From Candidatus Bathyarchaeia archaeon (GTDB lineage Archaea; Thermoproteota; Bathyarchaeia; Bathyarchaeales; Bathycorpusculaceae): 64,000 bases of DNA. Position numbers and translations under genes: made by a program. This document shows, piece after piece, positions 29,953 to 40,434 of this stretch. Position 1 is the stretch's first letter. Every line of letters starts with the position of its first letter. The DNA is taken from contig JBEKTQ010000010.1 in NCBI GenBank assembly GCA_049515895.1, positions 66,259 through 130,258 on the forward strand. Reading direction: 5' to 3'. The notes under the pieces were generated by a model. It did no database searches. It was not told where the DNA came from and was given only the letters and a program-made list of their open reading frames with translations.

Positions 29953-31608
29953 ATGGCGTATTTAACAACAACAGGTTCAGGACAACCAGTCCTGATTCTT
30001 AAAGAAGGAACAACCCGAAGCAGGGGCAAAGAAGCCCAAAGAAACAACATAATGGCCGCACGAGTCATAGGTGAAGTTCTCAAAACCACCCTTGGCCCAA
30101 GAGGCATGGACAAAATGCTCATCGACAGCCTAGGCGATATAACAATAACAAACGACGGCGCTGCAATACTCAAAGAAATTGACGTCGAACACCCAGCAGC
30201 AAAAATGATGGTTGAAATCGCCAAAACACAGGACGACATGGTCGGCGACGGAACAACCACCGCCGTGGTCCTCGCAAGCGAACTTCTCAAAAAAGCTGAA
30301 GAACTCCTCGATCAAAACATTCACCCCACAATACTGGTCAGCGGCTACCGAAAAGCAGGCCAGAAAGCGATTGAAATTATAAACAAAATTGCCATACCAC
30401 TTGACATCAACGACAAAGCCACACTTCTCAAAGTTTCCCTGACAAGCATGAGCAGCAAATCCGTCGGCAGCGCACGTGAACACCTCGCAGAAATAAGCAT
30501 AGAAGCCGTTAAGCAGATATCTGAGCAACGCGGAGACAAAACCATCGCTGACATCGACAACATACAACTGATAAAGAAAGTTGGCAAAAGCCTCCTAGAA
30601 ACACAACTTATCCAAGGCATAATCATCGACAAAGAAGTCGTTAACCCGGGAATGCCCAAAATCAAAGAAAACGCGAAAATCTTGCTTTTGGATGCAGCGC
30701 TCGAAATCGAAAAAACCGAAATCAGCGCAGAAATCCGCATAAAAGACCCGTCACAAATGAAAGCTTTCCTTGACCAGGAAAACGATATGATGCAGAGGAT
30801 GGTCACGAAAGTCAAGGGTTCAGGCGCAGATATCGTGTTCTGCCAGAAAGGCATCGACGATATGGTGCAGCATTTCCTCTCCAAAGAAGGGATCATGGCG
30901 GCACGACGCGTAAAAGAATCCGACATGGAGAAACTCTCACGGGCAACAGGCGCACGCATCATCAGCGACCTCGACGACCTCAAGGCAGCAGACCTTGGCT
31001 TGGCAGGGCATGTGGAAGAACGCAAAATTGGCGACGACAAAATGATCTTCGTCGAAAAATGCAAGGACCCACACAGCGTGGCCATACTCATCCGCGCAGG
31101 CTTAGAACGCCTCGTAGATGAAGCAGAAAGAGCCATGATCGACTCATTATCGGTCGTTTCTGACGTGATCGAAAACAACAAGATCGTCCCAGGCGGCGGC
31201 GCAGTAGAAATCGAAATCGCTAAGGAACTACGCAAATATGCCACTAAAGTCGGCGGAAGAGAACAACTTGCCGTTGAAGCATTCGCAGACGCGGTCGAAG
31301 TGATCCCGCGCACGCTAGCGGAAAACGCAGGTTTAGAACCGATAGACATCCTCGTCGAATTACGGCAAAGACACGATGCAGCAGACGGCAAGAACATAGG
31401 CATCAACGTTTTCACGGGCAAACTGCAGGATAGTGTCGCAAACGGAGTCATAGAACCAATCGTGGTCAAGGAACAAGCCATCAAATCAGCAGCGGAATCA
31501 GCAGCCATGATACTGCGAATAGACGACGTTATAACAGCCAAATCACCTAAAGGCGGTCCGGGCGGCCCAGGCGGCGGAATGCCTGGCGGTCCTGAAGGCG
31601 AAGAATAA
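29953..31608 (+). CDS. ths: Thermosome (group II chaperonin) subunit
   Basis: [31 protein letters not shown]-rich tail. Confidence 0.97.
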   Translation: MAYLTTTGSGQPVLILKEGTTRSRGKEAQRNNIMAARVIGEVLKTTLGPRGMDKMLIDSLGDITITNDGAAILKEIDVEHPAAKMMVEIAKTQDDMVGDGTTTAVVLASELLKKAEELLDQNIHPTILVSGYRKAGQKAIEIINKIAIPLDINDKATLLKVSLTSMSSKSVGSAREHLAEISIEAVKQISEQRGDKTIADIDNIQLIKKVGKSLLETQLIQGIIIDKEVVNPGMPKIKENAKILLLDAALEIEKTEISAEIRIKDPSQMKAFLDQENDMMQRMVTKVKGSGADIVFCQKGIDDMVQHFLSKEGIMAARRVKESDMEKLSRATGARIISDLDDLKAADLGLAGHVEERKIGDDKMIFVEKCKDPHSVAILIRAGLERLVDEAERAMIDSLSVVSDVIENNKIVPGGGAVEIEIAKELRKYATKVGGREQLAVEAFADAVEVIPRTLAENAGLEPIDILVELRQRHDAADGKNIGINVFTGKLQDSVANGVIEPIVVKEQAIKSAAESAAMILRIDDVITAKSPKGGPGGPGGGMPGGPEGEE

Positions 31609-31618
31609 ACAAATATCT

Positions 31619-31640
31619 AATTTTTTCTTTTTCTTTTTTT
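31619..31640 (+). terminator. Oligo-T terminator
   Basis: Long T tracts just after thermosome stop. Confidence 0.55.
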
Positions 31641-31675
31641 AAATCCGAAGATTTCTGTTTGTATGTTTTCTATCT

Positions 31676-32137
31676 TTAAGTTTGATTCTTAGGCTTCATC
31701 CTGAACCGAACTGCGGTAACAAGAAAAAGCAGGGCGGAAGCGATGGTGGTTATGATCCAAAGCCAGAATGACTCTTGGATTGAAGACCCTAAAACCAAAT
31801 GAGGAATCAAAACGGCAATTTCAGCGATCAAAATGCCTACAAAAATGAAGCCGAAAATAACGAAGCTTGGCATTAGGGTTTTCCCAACCCACATGTAGCC
31901 TCTCATGTTTACTTTTTCTTTAACCACGTAGTTGCTGTACTCGTCTTTTATGACTAGACCTAAATCCACGAGTTTCTGAAGATTCCTGTAAGCAACACTG
32001 GGGCTGCTCAAGCTAGCTCCGCGCATGACGTCTCGGGGTCCAACAGGCTTCCCGACTTTAACAAGATACATGTAAGTTTGGAAAGTCGACGCGTTGAGTC
32101 CTTCGTTTTGCTCCAAGCCAAGGCACCCTTCAATCAT
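31676..32137 (-). CDS. Winged-helix regulator with two C-terminal TM helices
   Basis: GPRDVMRGASLSSPSVAYRNLQKLVDLGLV HTH followed by two TMs. Confidence 0.75.
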   Translation of the reverse strand: MIEGCLGLEQNEGLNASTFQTYMYLVKVGKPVGPRDVMRGASLSSPSVAYRNLQKLVDLGLVIKDEYSNYVVKEKVNMRGYMWVGKTLMPSFVIFGFIFVGILIAEIAVLIPHLVLGSSIQESFWLWIITTIASALLFLVTAVRFRMKPKNQT

Positions 32138-32269
32138 CTAGCGTGTCTGCCTTAAAAACCCAAGCCATAACCCTTTCTTCACCTTCTTTTCTTGAAACAA
32201 TCGAAAACCTATTGAGTTTCCTCTGGATTCAGTTAAGTTGAAAGTAATCGAATTTTTGGGGGGACTTTA

Positions 32270-33208
32270 ATGGTGGAAACAGAAAACAAGAATGTTGACG
32301 TATTAATCATCGGAAGCGGACCCGCTGGGTTAACCGCGGCAATTTATTCTGCGTGGCTGGGGTTGAAAACTGTTGTGTTGGAATCAGGCATAGTTGGCGG
32401 ACGCGCGTGGTTGGCGCCTAAAATTGAGAATTTTCCGGGATTCGAATTTGGCATTAAAGGCAACGATTTGGCCGAAAAAATGCGTTTGCAAGCCTTACGT
32501 TTTCACGCGGAAATCCTTGAAGCGGAAGAAGTGGTCGGGCTGGACCTGACGGGCGAATGTAAACGTGTCGTCTCGCGCAAGCAAACTTACGGGGCGTCTG
32601 CTTTGATCATTGCAACTGGAACTCAACGGAGGAAACTGTTGGTGGCGGGCGAAACTGATTTTGTCGGGCGGGGAGTCAGCTACTGCGTGACATGTGACGG
32701 CCCATTATTCAAGAACGCAACCGTGGCAGTGGTGGGCAACGGCGAAGAAGCAGCTATTGACGCGCTGTTCATGGCTGACTTAGCAAGCCAAGTACTACTC
32801 GTCAGTGAACAGCAAGAACTCAACATTGAAGGCACCTTAATGGACAGGCTTAAAAACAAGCTAAACATCGAAATCATCAAAGGGCAAGTCTTAAAGATTG
32901 TCGGCGAACAAGTTGTTAATGCATTAAGGATCTTGGAGTTTGATTCAAGACGCGAGGTAGAGCGGACCGTGAAAGGCATTTTTGTTTCTTTAGGCGGCGT
33001 TCCCATGACAACCATAATCAAAAATGCCGGAGTCGCCACAGACCCAACCGGCTGCTTAATTGTTGATCGGCAGCAAAAAACAAGCGTTGAAGGAGTATTC
33101 GCTGCAGGAGACTGCACATGTGGCGGGATGCAGGTGGTCACGGCGGCTGGGGAAGGTGCCATGGCAGCAATGCGTGCATCAGCCTACGTTAGAAAAGTCA
33201 AAACATAG
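32270..33208 (+). CDS. trxB: Thioredoxin reductase family FAD oxidoreductase
   Basis: GSGPAG, GRGVSYCVTCDG, GVFAAGD. Confidence 0.9.
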   Translation: MVETENKNVDVLIIGSGPAGLTAAIYSAWLGLKTVVLESGIVGGRAWLAPKIENFPGFEFGIKGNDLAEKMRLQALRFHAEILEAEEVVGLDLTGECKRVVSRKQTYGASALIIATGTQRRKLLVAGETDFVGRGVSYCVTCDGPLFKNATVAVVGNGEEAAIDALFMADLASQVLLVSEQQELNIEGTLMDRLKNKLNIEIIKGQVLKIVGEQVVNALRILEFDSRREVERTVKGIFVSLGGVPMTTIIKNAGVATDPTGCLIVDRQQKTSVEGVFAAGDCTCGGMQVVTAAGEGAMAAMRASAYVRKVKT

Positions 33209-33324
33209 AAGCGGCGGCATTTTTCAGAATACATAATACAAAACAACCAATTCACCGCTAACATTCTGCACTTTAGCTAAGGTTTTTATGATTCATCAGA
33301 AATTATCTTTCCCTGCAACACAGC

Positions 33325-33399
33325 GGGGCTGTCGGCTAGCTTGGTCTAGGCTTGTAGACTTGGGCTCTATAGACTCCGGTTCAAATCCGGGCAGCCCCA
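33325..33399 (+). tRNA. tRNA-Pro (anticodon TGG)
   Basis: GGGGCTG/CAGCCCC acceptor, GTAGA-CTTGGGC-TCTAT anticodon arm, GGTTCAAATCC T-loop. Confidence 0.93.
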
Positions 33400-33722
33400 C
33401 CGGTAGAGACTCAACCCGCGCGCTATCTCTTGTGATTTAGCACTTCGTCTGCCTCGTTTATGTGTCAAAGTAGAAAACCGCATTCCCAACTTTTGGGTGA
33501 AGGGAGCGAATTTGATAATAGCCATGGAGCTAGCGCTCGCCCAAATATCGAGCGCAGTAGATATAGCCTCCTTCTTAAAAAACTACCGATTTGGAGCAAA
33601 AGAACGACCCTTTTTAATCCATAAATACTTTTTTTAAAAGAGTTGAAACAAATACACTTTTGGGGACTTGATGTAAAGGTCCCAAGAAAAGGTTTCTTAA
33701 AAAAAAGAAAAAGAGGGTTTGT

Positions 33723-34546
33723 TTAATCTATTTTCCATCTTTTGGCTACCTTCACTATGAGGAACACGATGAGTGCCACAAAGATGAAGGTGATTAGCGC
33801 CACCAAGAAGTCGCCTATTCCAAAAGACTGCTTCGTAACCGAAACTGCATAGGTAGCTAAGTTTGACATGCCTGGAATTGCTAAGCCTAAGAGAGGAATT
33901 ATGAAGTCTGCGACAACCGCCTTGACCACAGCGCCAAGATACAAACCTAAAACGAACGCGACAGCTAGGCCAAGGACTTTGTACGATGATAGGAAGTCTT
34001 TGAACTCGTTCCATAGTCCTTTTGGCGGTGCCGTTGGGGGAGCTTTTTCAACCGCTTCTCTAATTTTCTTTAGTTCTTCTAACATTTGATCCTCTTTGTC
34101 CAATGTTATCACCTCAGATTCAGTTTTACTTATGACTTGCGAGGTCTCTGTTCCTGCAGCTGGCATCGATGACTCTAGTGATTCTGTCGAATCCTCTATT
34201 TCGGCATCGCAGCTTTGTCCCACCACTTCAATGCCGTTTAGGCAAGCTTCTTTTGTTTCATATCCTTCGCTGTCAGCAATAATTTCCCCGTTCCTTGCAT
34301 AGAGACGAAATCTAAACCTTCCAGCAGCGTCTTTATGAACTTGAAATTTTGGGTTTGACAGAGTTGGACCTTCGATTGTTGTGTCTTCAATTTTTGCGTT
34401 GCAATTTTTCTGTATACTTTTGATTCCGTTTATGCAACCTGCATGCTGTCATATGCTTCTCCTACAGCTACAATTTTGTTGTTGTCAGCTCGAAGACGAA
34501 AACGACATTTACCCGCGGCGTCTTTGTACATTTGAAATTTTGGCAA
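33723..34546 (-). pseudogene. Tandem DUF1508 (YegP-like) - MscL fusion with one frameshift
   Basis: KFQMYKDAAGKCRFRLRADNNKIVA and KFQVHKDAAGRFRFRLYARNGEIIADSEGY, the second in frame with MscL (EFKDFL..YKVLGLAVAFVLG); 1-nt loss near 34450. Confidence 0.8.
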
Positions 34547-34705
34547 CAGTAAGCCTCAATTTGTATTTCTAAGCAAGTTCTACAAAAGCTTTGCTAACGG
34601 TCTATTGTTTTAACTAGCGATATTTAATTTAAACCATTTTTTGACATGGACAGGCTGAAAAGTTTATATCGATTAAACAAAATCTTTGGATTAAGGTGAG
34701 TAATT

Positions 34706-35152
34706 TTGGGAGTTAAAGAAAATCTTGAGTTGATGAAAACGCTCGATGATTCGTGGAACGCAGGACCTAATAGTCCACTTTGGGAAACGTTCAAGAAACG
34801 CCACAGAGAAGACGTCAAAGTGTATTGGCCAGCCCAACCCCTGCCTACAGTAGGACGACACAACCATGATGTTGAGGCTACAGAATTCTTCAAAACTTTT
34901 GACAACCGATTAGTAAACAACCCCTACAAGATCGCCTTCGGTGATGAAAATCACACATGCACTGTTGCTGATTGGACGGTGACCATGAAAGGACCGATGA
35001 AAGGCGCAGACGGAAAGATTATCCCGTCAACCGGAAAAACGGCGAAGCTCGAATTTTGCACTGTCGCCACATGGAAAAACGGAGAAATCGTCGAAGAGCG
35101 ATTATTCTACGATGTCGTAGGTTTTATGCAGCAACTTGGGTTGTCAAAGTAA
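34706..35152 (+). CDS. SnoaL-like ester cyclase (NTF2 fold)
   Basis: IPSTGKT...TVATWKNGEIVEERLFYD...QQLGL. Confidence 0.85.
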   Translation: MGVKENLELMKTLDDSWNAGPNSPLWETFKKRHREDVKVYWPAQPLPTVGRHNHDVEATEFFKTFDNRLVNNPYKIAFGDENHTCTVADWTVTMKGPMKGADGKIIPSTGKTAKLEFCTVATWKNGEIVEERLFYDVVGFMQQLGLSK

Positions 35153-35179
35153 ACAGACTCCTTTTTTTCTTTTCGTGAG

Positions 35180-36049
35180 GTGGTTGGTATGGAGAGAAAG
35201 GTTGACAGGATTCTAAATCGTCGTACAACTTTAGAAGGCGCTGGTGTTAAGTTAAGAAGAGTTTTGGGAAATGATGATGACTCTACGCTTGATCCTTTCT
35301 TGCTTTTGGACCACTTTGGATCAGTTGATCCTGACGATTATATTCTAGGTTTTCCTTGGCATCCTCATAGGGGTATGGAGACAGTTACTTACATGTGGAC
35401 TGGTGAAGTTGAACACGGCGATAGCATGGGCAACAAAGGCGTAATCAAATCTGGAGACGTGCAGTGGATGACTGCTGGTTCAGGTATAATTCATCAAGAA
35501 ATGCCTCAAAAATACAATGGGTTAATGCAAGGCTTCCAACTATGGGTAAATCTGCCCGCAAAAAAGAAAATGATCGACCCTAAATATCGAGGAATAGAAA
35601 AACAACAAATCCCAGTACTCGAAAAAGATGGCTCAAAAATAAAAGTCATAGCAGGCAAGGTCGATGGAACGGAAGGACCAGTTCGCGACTTAGCAATATA
35701 CATAGAATACTTCGATGTAGAGCTAGATGCCGGAAAAACATTCGAGCACGTCACACCTAAGAATGATACGGTTTTTGCCTACGTCATTGAAGGATCAATA
35801 GAGATTGGGAGCAAGAAGATATTGCAGGGTCAGTGTGCAGTTTTTAGTGAAGGTGATTTAGTCAAAATAGTCTCGAAAGGCGGCGCTCGGTTTCTGTTTG
35901 TGTCTGGAGAACCTTTGAACGAGCCTGTGGCGTGGAGAGGACCAATCGTTATGAACACTGAAGAAGAGCTCGATAAAGCCTTTGAAGAATTAGATTCAGA
36001 TACTTTTATCAAAATTAAGAATCCAGTTAAGCATAAAAAATCAGTGTGA
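35180..36049 (+). CDS. Pirin family protein
   Basis: DPFLLLD, HPHRGMETVTY, QWMTAGSGIIHQE, GPIVMN. Confidence 0.95.
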   Translation: MVGMERKVDRILNRRTTLEGAGVKLRRVLGNDDDSTLDPFLLLDHFGSVDPDDYILGFPWHPHRGMETVTYMWTGEVEHGDSMGNKGVIKSGDVQWMTAGSGIIHQEMPQKYNGLMQGFQLWVNLPAKKKMIDPKYRGIEKQQIPVLEKDGSKIKVIAGKVDGTEGPVRDLAIYIEYFDVELDAGKTFEHVTPKNDTVFAYVIEGSIEIGSKKILQGQCAVFSEGDLVKIVSKGGARFLFVSGEPLNEPVAWRGPIVMNTEEELDKAFEELDSDTFIKIKNPVKHKKSV

Positions 36050-36056
36050 TGTAAGT

Positions 36057-36395
36057 ATGAGTACACGTAAAAAAATTTCAACTGAGAACAAAAAGAAGAG
36101 TATTTTCCACGAGAAGGTAGGCATTAAAGACAAAGCGGTTGTGCTGTTCTATGCGACTTGGTGCCCGTTTTCGCGGGCGTTTTTGCCTATCTTTGAAGAG
36201 TATTCAAAGAGCAATCCGGAAGAGTGCCTTAGCGTTATTGTTGATGAAGAGCCTGATGTTTGCGAAGAATATGGCATAGAGTACTATCCGACAGTGATAA
36301 TGTTCAAGAAAGAAATAGTGCGCAAGCGCTTGGACGCAGAGCCACATGTTGGTTTAAGCAAAAAACAGCTTAAGGACTTTACTGCAAAAGAGTAA
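36057..36395 (+). CDS. Thioredoxin-like protein (CxxS)
   Basis: FYATWCPFS, YPT cis-Pro loop. Confidence 0.85.
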   Translation: MSTRKKISTENKKKSIFHEKVGIKDKAVVLFYATWCPFSRAFLPIFEEYSKSNPEECLSVIVDEEPDVCEEYGIEYYPTVIMFKKEIVRKRLDAEPHVGLSKKQLKDFTAKE

Positions 36396-36441
36396 ATCCT
36401 TAAGCCTTCTCTTTTCTTTGGGCGCTTATTTCTCGTATATT

Positions 36442-37131
36442 TTATTTTAGGGATTCGTCGCCGTCGTTGAAGCCTTCGTCAATGTGAGAGCCGTCGCAGA
36501 AAGGTTTATTCTGGGATTTACCGCATCTGCAAAGGGTTTGGCGGTTCCGAACTTCATAGGTAGTTCCATCTGAAGATTCCACCGGTATGCCACCTCTGAG
36601 CCCGATTGGACCGCTTACCTTGTTCTGTGGGTCCTCTATGAGGCTTATTGACTGTGTAAATTCTTTTTCGAAAACTTTCCCGGTTTTTTTGTCAGATTCA
36701 ACGAGTCGTCCTGATGGACATTGGCATGCTTCTTCGATAGCTAACTCGCGGGCTTTTGGATCTCGATGGCAGAATCTGGCAGCAGCACAAAGTGCAGGAG
36801 CGTCTTCAAGCTTCAAAGTCGATCCATCCATGACTTTTGCTTGTTTATCATGTGTTTTTTTGCTTGCAGTTTCCGTGCCATTGAATTTAATTTTGCCATG
36901 GGTGCCATCGCAGAATGGTTTGCTTTTTGACTCACCGCAGCGACATAATGCGCATGTTTCGCCAGCAGGCACTTTCTTGCCTTGAACCCATGTTTCAGGT
37001 TCGCCTTCTTTTCCTATTCCAATTATCTGTTTGTCAATGGGTAAACCGCCACTTACAAGATAAGGGCCGTCCTTGGTCACCATGATTTTTGCTTTCGTTT
37101 CTTTTGGCATAATCAAGAATGGCTTTGCCAA
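36442..37131 (-). CDS. Double CDGSH iron-sulfur domain protein
   Basis: CRCGESKSKPFCDGTH and CRCGKSQNKPFCDGSH with central CPSGRL. Confidence 0.9.
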   Translation of the reverse strand: MAKPFLIMPKETKAKIMVTKDGPYLVSGGLPIDKQIIGIGKEGEPETWVQGKKVPAGETCALCRCGESKSKPFCDGTHGKIKFNGTETASKKTHDKQAKVMDGSTLKLEDAPALCAAARFCHRDPKARELAIEEACQCPSGRLVESDKKTGKVFEKEFTQSISLIEDPQNKVSGPIGLRGGIPVESSDGTTYEVRNRQTLCRCGKSQNKPFCDGSHIDEGFNDGDESLK

Positions 37132-37218
37132 GTATTTAATAGCTGTGTGTAACCACTTTTATTTGAGGAAAGCGAAAGAAACGTACGCTTCCTTTTGAAA
37201 AGACAGAGGTTATCTCAT

Positions 37219-37640
37219 ATGGAAAAGTCAAAATACAATTCACGTGTTTATTTTGGGAACCCGTTGCCTCCTGCAGGAGAGTATGTAGTTGACCCCGTAC
37301 ATAGCTTCACTGAATTTGCTGTAATCTGATAGTGGGTCAAGTTAGGGGTCGTTTTAACTCGATTTCTGGCGAGATCAGGATAGCTGATGAACCGTTATTG
37401 TCAAGTTTTGAGTTTAGCGTAGACACAGCCAGTATAGATACGCATCACTCAGGACGCGACGCGGACCTTCGAGGTTCGAGATTCTTTGATGTAGAGAAAT
37501 ACCCGAAGATGACTTTTTCCAGCACTGGAATGAAAGTCGAGCCGGGAGGCAACTTCACAGTCGAGGGCGATTTTACCATATGTGGGATAACCCGAAAGAT
37601 TATCGCTGCACTAAAATTTAGGTTAGTTCACCAACTATGA
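37219..37640 (+). pseudogene. YceI-family pseudogene
   Basis: YVVDPVHSFTEFAV, frameshift near 37325, then LIVGQVRGRF...RDADLR..FFDVEKYP; 3' truncated. Confidence 0.8.
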
Positions 37641-37693
37641 CCAGCTTAATTGATCGAATGGAAAGAAAGGGGTTAGTGAAACGAGCAGCATGA
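37625..37693 (+). pseudogene. MarR-type HTH fragment
   Basis: SSPTMTSLIDRMERKGLVKR. Confidence 0.55.
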
Positions 37694-38085
37694 AAAAGCT
37701 AGAGAGCAATTTAGAGAGTTTTTCCAGAAATCAGCACAGCGTCACGGTCATAGAGATGTTAGGGGAAGTCGGCATTGACCTAGGAATGTACCGGAAGCTG
37801 GCCGTGATGGAGCATGTCAAAGAAGCGGGAATTAAAACGCTCGTTAACACCAAATGTATTGAATTTCAAAAGGACGCAGTGATTGCTGAATGCAAAGATG
37901 AGCAGCAGCGCATTCTATCTGACAGCGTCGTGGTTGCCGTCGGTTCAACGTCAAGAGATTATGCAGCACTAAAGACGTACTGCGAACAAAAAGGAATCCC
38001 CTACAGCGTAATCGGCGACGCAAAAAAACCGCGTAAAGCAATCGATGCCATTGCAGAAGCGGCCGAAGTAGCGCGGAAAATTTGA
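37690..38085 (+). pseudogene. C-terminal fragment of OYE/2,4-dienoyl-CoA reductase-type flavoprotein
   Basis: VTVIEM, DSVVVAVG, IGDAKKPR..DAI; TIM barrel absent. Confidence 0.75.
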
Positions 38086-38134
38086 GCGCACCATAAAGGC
38101 TCATGGTCTTTGCGTACGCGGTTATCCTCCGCAT

Positions 38135-38227
38135 TCAAATCGTAAGCGTAAAGGATACGATTTTTTCTTCGTAAACGCTTGGCGCTTCATCAAAAGCTGC
38201 AATTTTGAACTCAACGTTAGCACTCAT
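38135..38227 (-). pseudogene. N-terminal stub of tape-measure-like gene
   Basis: MSANVEFKIAAFDEAPSV matches MSANVEFNITAFVEASSV at 48744. Confidence 0.55.
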
Positions 38228-38349
38228 AAATGGGTCCTCTCAAGTAGTCACCAATTGCGCATTCAAGGCTAAGGCTATCACAAAGTGGCTGCCCTAAACT
38301 TAAAAACTAATAAAGGAAAGATGCATAACGCTATATTAGATGATTAAAC

Positions 38350-38748
38350 ATGAAAGGGTATTCAACAGCTATCGAGAAAGAAACACTCAAAAACACTGAC
38401 TTCAGACGTGTACTCTACACAGGGAAGAACAGCCAGCTCGTTTTAATGAGTTTGCAGCCAATGGAAGAAATTGGAATGGAAGTCCACAAAAACAGAGACC
38501 AGTTTTTTAGGTTTGAAAAGGGCGAGGGCAAGGTTGTGATCGACGGAGTTGAGCACAAGGTAAAAGACGGAGATGCAGTAATAGTGCCGGCAGGCGCAAA
38601 GCACAACGTTGTTAACGTGTCAAAGAAAGTGGCACTCAAACTTTACACGATATATTCTCCACCAGAGCACCAAGACAAGGTCGTACGCCACACAAAAGCA
38701 GACGCCGAGGCTTCTCCAGAAGAGTATGACGGAAAGCCCACGGAATAG
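38350..38748 (+). CDS. Cupin domain protein (copy 1)
   Basis: FRRVLYTG, EIGMEVH, DQFFRFE, PAGAKHN, YSPPEH. Confidence 0.92.
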   Translation: MKGYSTAIEKETLKNTDFRRVLYTGKNSQLVLMSLQPMEEIGMEVHKNRDQFFRFEKGEGKVVIDGVEHKVKDGDAVIVPAGAKHNVVNVSKKVALKLYTIYSPPEHQDKVVRHTKADAEASPEEYDGKPTE

Positions 38749-38847
38749 CAAACGCTCAAGCACGCATGAATCACTAAAAAAAGAAACAGGCAGCCCGAAG
38801 TTCATCGACTACATTAGTTAGAGAATCTAGTAATAATCCGCGCGCGC

Positions 38848-38877
38848 TACCATGAAACAAAGGGGCATGAGGACTAA
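38848..38877 (+). pseudogene. 3' remnant of C2H2 zinc-finger gene
   Basis: YHETKGHED* starts right after a (GC)n tract; matches HHETKGHE* of 55331-55522. Confidence 0.6.
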
Positions 38878-38970
38878 CCACTATGTCCAAACCCAACAGA
38901 GCGCGCACGGCAATTCTTATTAGCCGTGAAACATTTTTCTATCTTAGGTTGGATATTGCGGAGGTATATT

Positions 38971-39216
38971 ATGAAGGTCAAACCTGACAGAAAATTAGAC
39001 GCCTTGGGTCTTTACTGTCCTGAACCCGTTTTTAAGACTAGAAAGGAACTAGACAAGATGAAGGTTGGGGAGACCTTGGAGGTTGTGGCAGATGACCCTG
39101 CTGCAGAATCCGACATCAAAACCCTCATCAAACATTTGCAACAAGAGGTACTGAGCATTAACAAAGAGGGAGAGGCAACGCACATTCTAATCAGAAAGAT
39201 AAAAGAAGTAAGTTAG
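38971..39216 (+). CDS. tusA: TusA/SirA-family sulfur carrier (copy 1)
   Basis: LDALGLYCPEP, ADDPAAESDI; GGAGGT SD before ATG 38971. Confidence 0.9.
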   Translation: MKVKPDRKLDALGLYCPEPVFKTRKELDKMKVGETLEVVADDPAAESDIKTLIKHLQQEVLSINKEGEATHILIRKIKEVS

Positions 39217-39433
39217 CGAAGAACGAACACAATTAATTGGGACCGACCGCAAAACAAGTGTATGTGATCAAGCAAACATTGTGCTCAGCCTGTAGTTGCT
39301 ATGTAGCCTAATTTGTAAACTTGTCCGGTCGGTGTGGAAGACATTACCTGATGAAACAAGAAAGGCCACAAGCAACTTTGACTTACGTCAAAATCGCTGC
39401 AGTGGTTCAAATCGAATGTCAAATCGGTTGTCA

Positions 39434-39463
39434 GTTGTTGTTGCCCACGGCAATTCTTATTAA
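39434..39463 (+). promoter_or_regulatory. GYYG-N10-CGGC site plus TATA (CTTATTA)
   Basis: TCAGTTG-N10-CGGCAATTCTTATTA upstream of DsrE copy 1. Confidence 0.65.
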
Positions 39464-39497
39464 TGAACGGCTCTTTACGTAACTTAAGGTGAGATTT

Positions 39498-39917
39498 ATG
39501 TCTGAAAAGAAAAAACTCGCATTGATAGTTGAAAGCGGAACTATAGACAAACTTTATTGCGCCTTTATCTTGGGGTCTTCAGCAACGGCAATGGGGTGGG
39601 AAGCCCACCTTTACTTCACATTCTGGGGTCTTACCTCGCTGGTCAAAGGAGCAATGGAAAAGGCAAGCTTGCCTAGTGACTACAAACAAATGGAGAGCCA
39701 AATGACTGAGAGACTAAAACAGATGAAGTACCCGACTCCTTATGAGATGTTAAAACGGATGAAAGCTTCTGGGCTCCTTAAAATATACGCGTGCACACCT
39801 TCTATGCAGATGTTCAATATCAAGAAGGAAGATCTTATTCCAGAAGTTGATGAAATGGCAGGAGCCACAACGTTTCTAGATGTTGCGGCGAATGCAGACG
39901 TGACTCTTTTCATCTAG
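39498..39917 (+). CDS. DsrE/DsrF/DrsH-like (DsrE2) sulfur relay protein (copy 1)
   Basis: LYFTFWGL, IYACTPSM, AGATTFL. Confidence 0.9.
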   Translation: MSEKKKLALIVESGTIDKLYCAFILGSSATAMGWEAHLYFTFWGLTSLVKGAMEKASLPSDYKQMESQMTERLKQMKYPTPYEMLKRMKASGLLKIYACTPSMQMFNIKKEDLIPEVDEMAGATTFLDVAANADVTLFI

Positions 39918-39940
39918 TTTAGAAACAGCATCAACTGACT

Positions 39941-40288
39941 TCAAAGCGTTTCTACTTCAACGTCTTTATCATTCAGCAGTCTCATGAATTTTCCTCCTTC
40001 ATGAACGATCTCTCCTATACCTGCCGTATTAGTCTCCAAGAGTAAGTGCCAAGCGTTCATACCCGACTCTACCGCCAAGTAAAATTTCTGATGTGCGTCT
40101 GGAGCAAGACGCAATCGTATTTCGGCCTCTCTATTGTTCAACGATTCCTGCTTTGTGAATTCCAGGAGTCTTCCTATTGTTTCTGACTTTTCAATCAAAC
40201 TTTTTTTTATGAGTTGCCTGTCCTTTCTTGAAACTTTGGTTTTTTTGCACCAAAGTATTTGGAATCCTTCAAAAGAAAATTTGCTCAA
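39941..40288 (-). CDS. Hypothetical protein (copy 1)
   Basis: Paralogue at 62732-63078. Confidence 0.7.
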   Translation of the reverse strand: MSKFSFEGFQILWCKKTKVSRKDRQLIKKSLIEKSETIGRLLEFTKQESLNNREAEIRLRLAPDAHQKFYLAVESGMNAWHLLLETNTAGIGEIVHEGGKFMRLLNDKDVEVETL

Positions 40289-40434
40289 CAGACATTCCTA
40301 CAAATACTAAATGTAGCAAATATAAATAATTAGCTCTCCTGTTCAGTCTCGTCTCATCTGAATAGGGATAATTTCAGTTTTTGATCACAAAATTACTTGG
40401 TTATTTAGTTCGATTATGCTTCTTGTTCACATAG

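Noticed and set aside
30345-31541. 398-aa antisense ORF
   Set aside because: Shadow of the thermosome gene caused by its codon bias; no motifs
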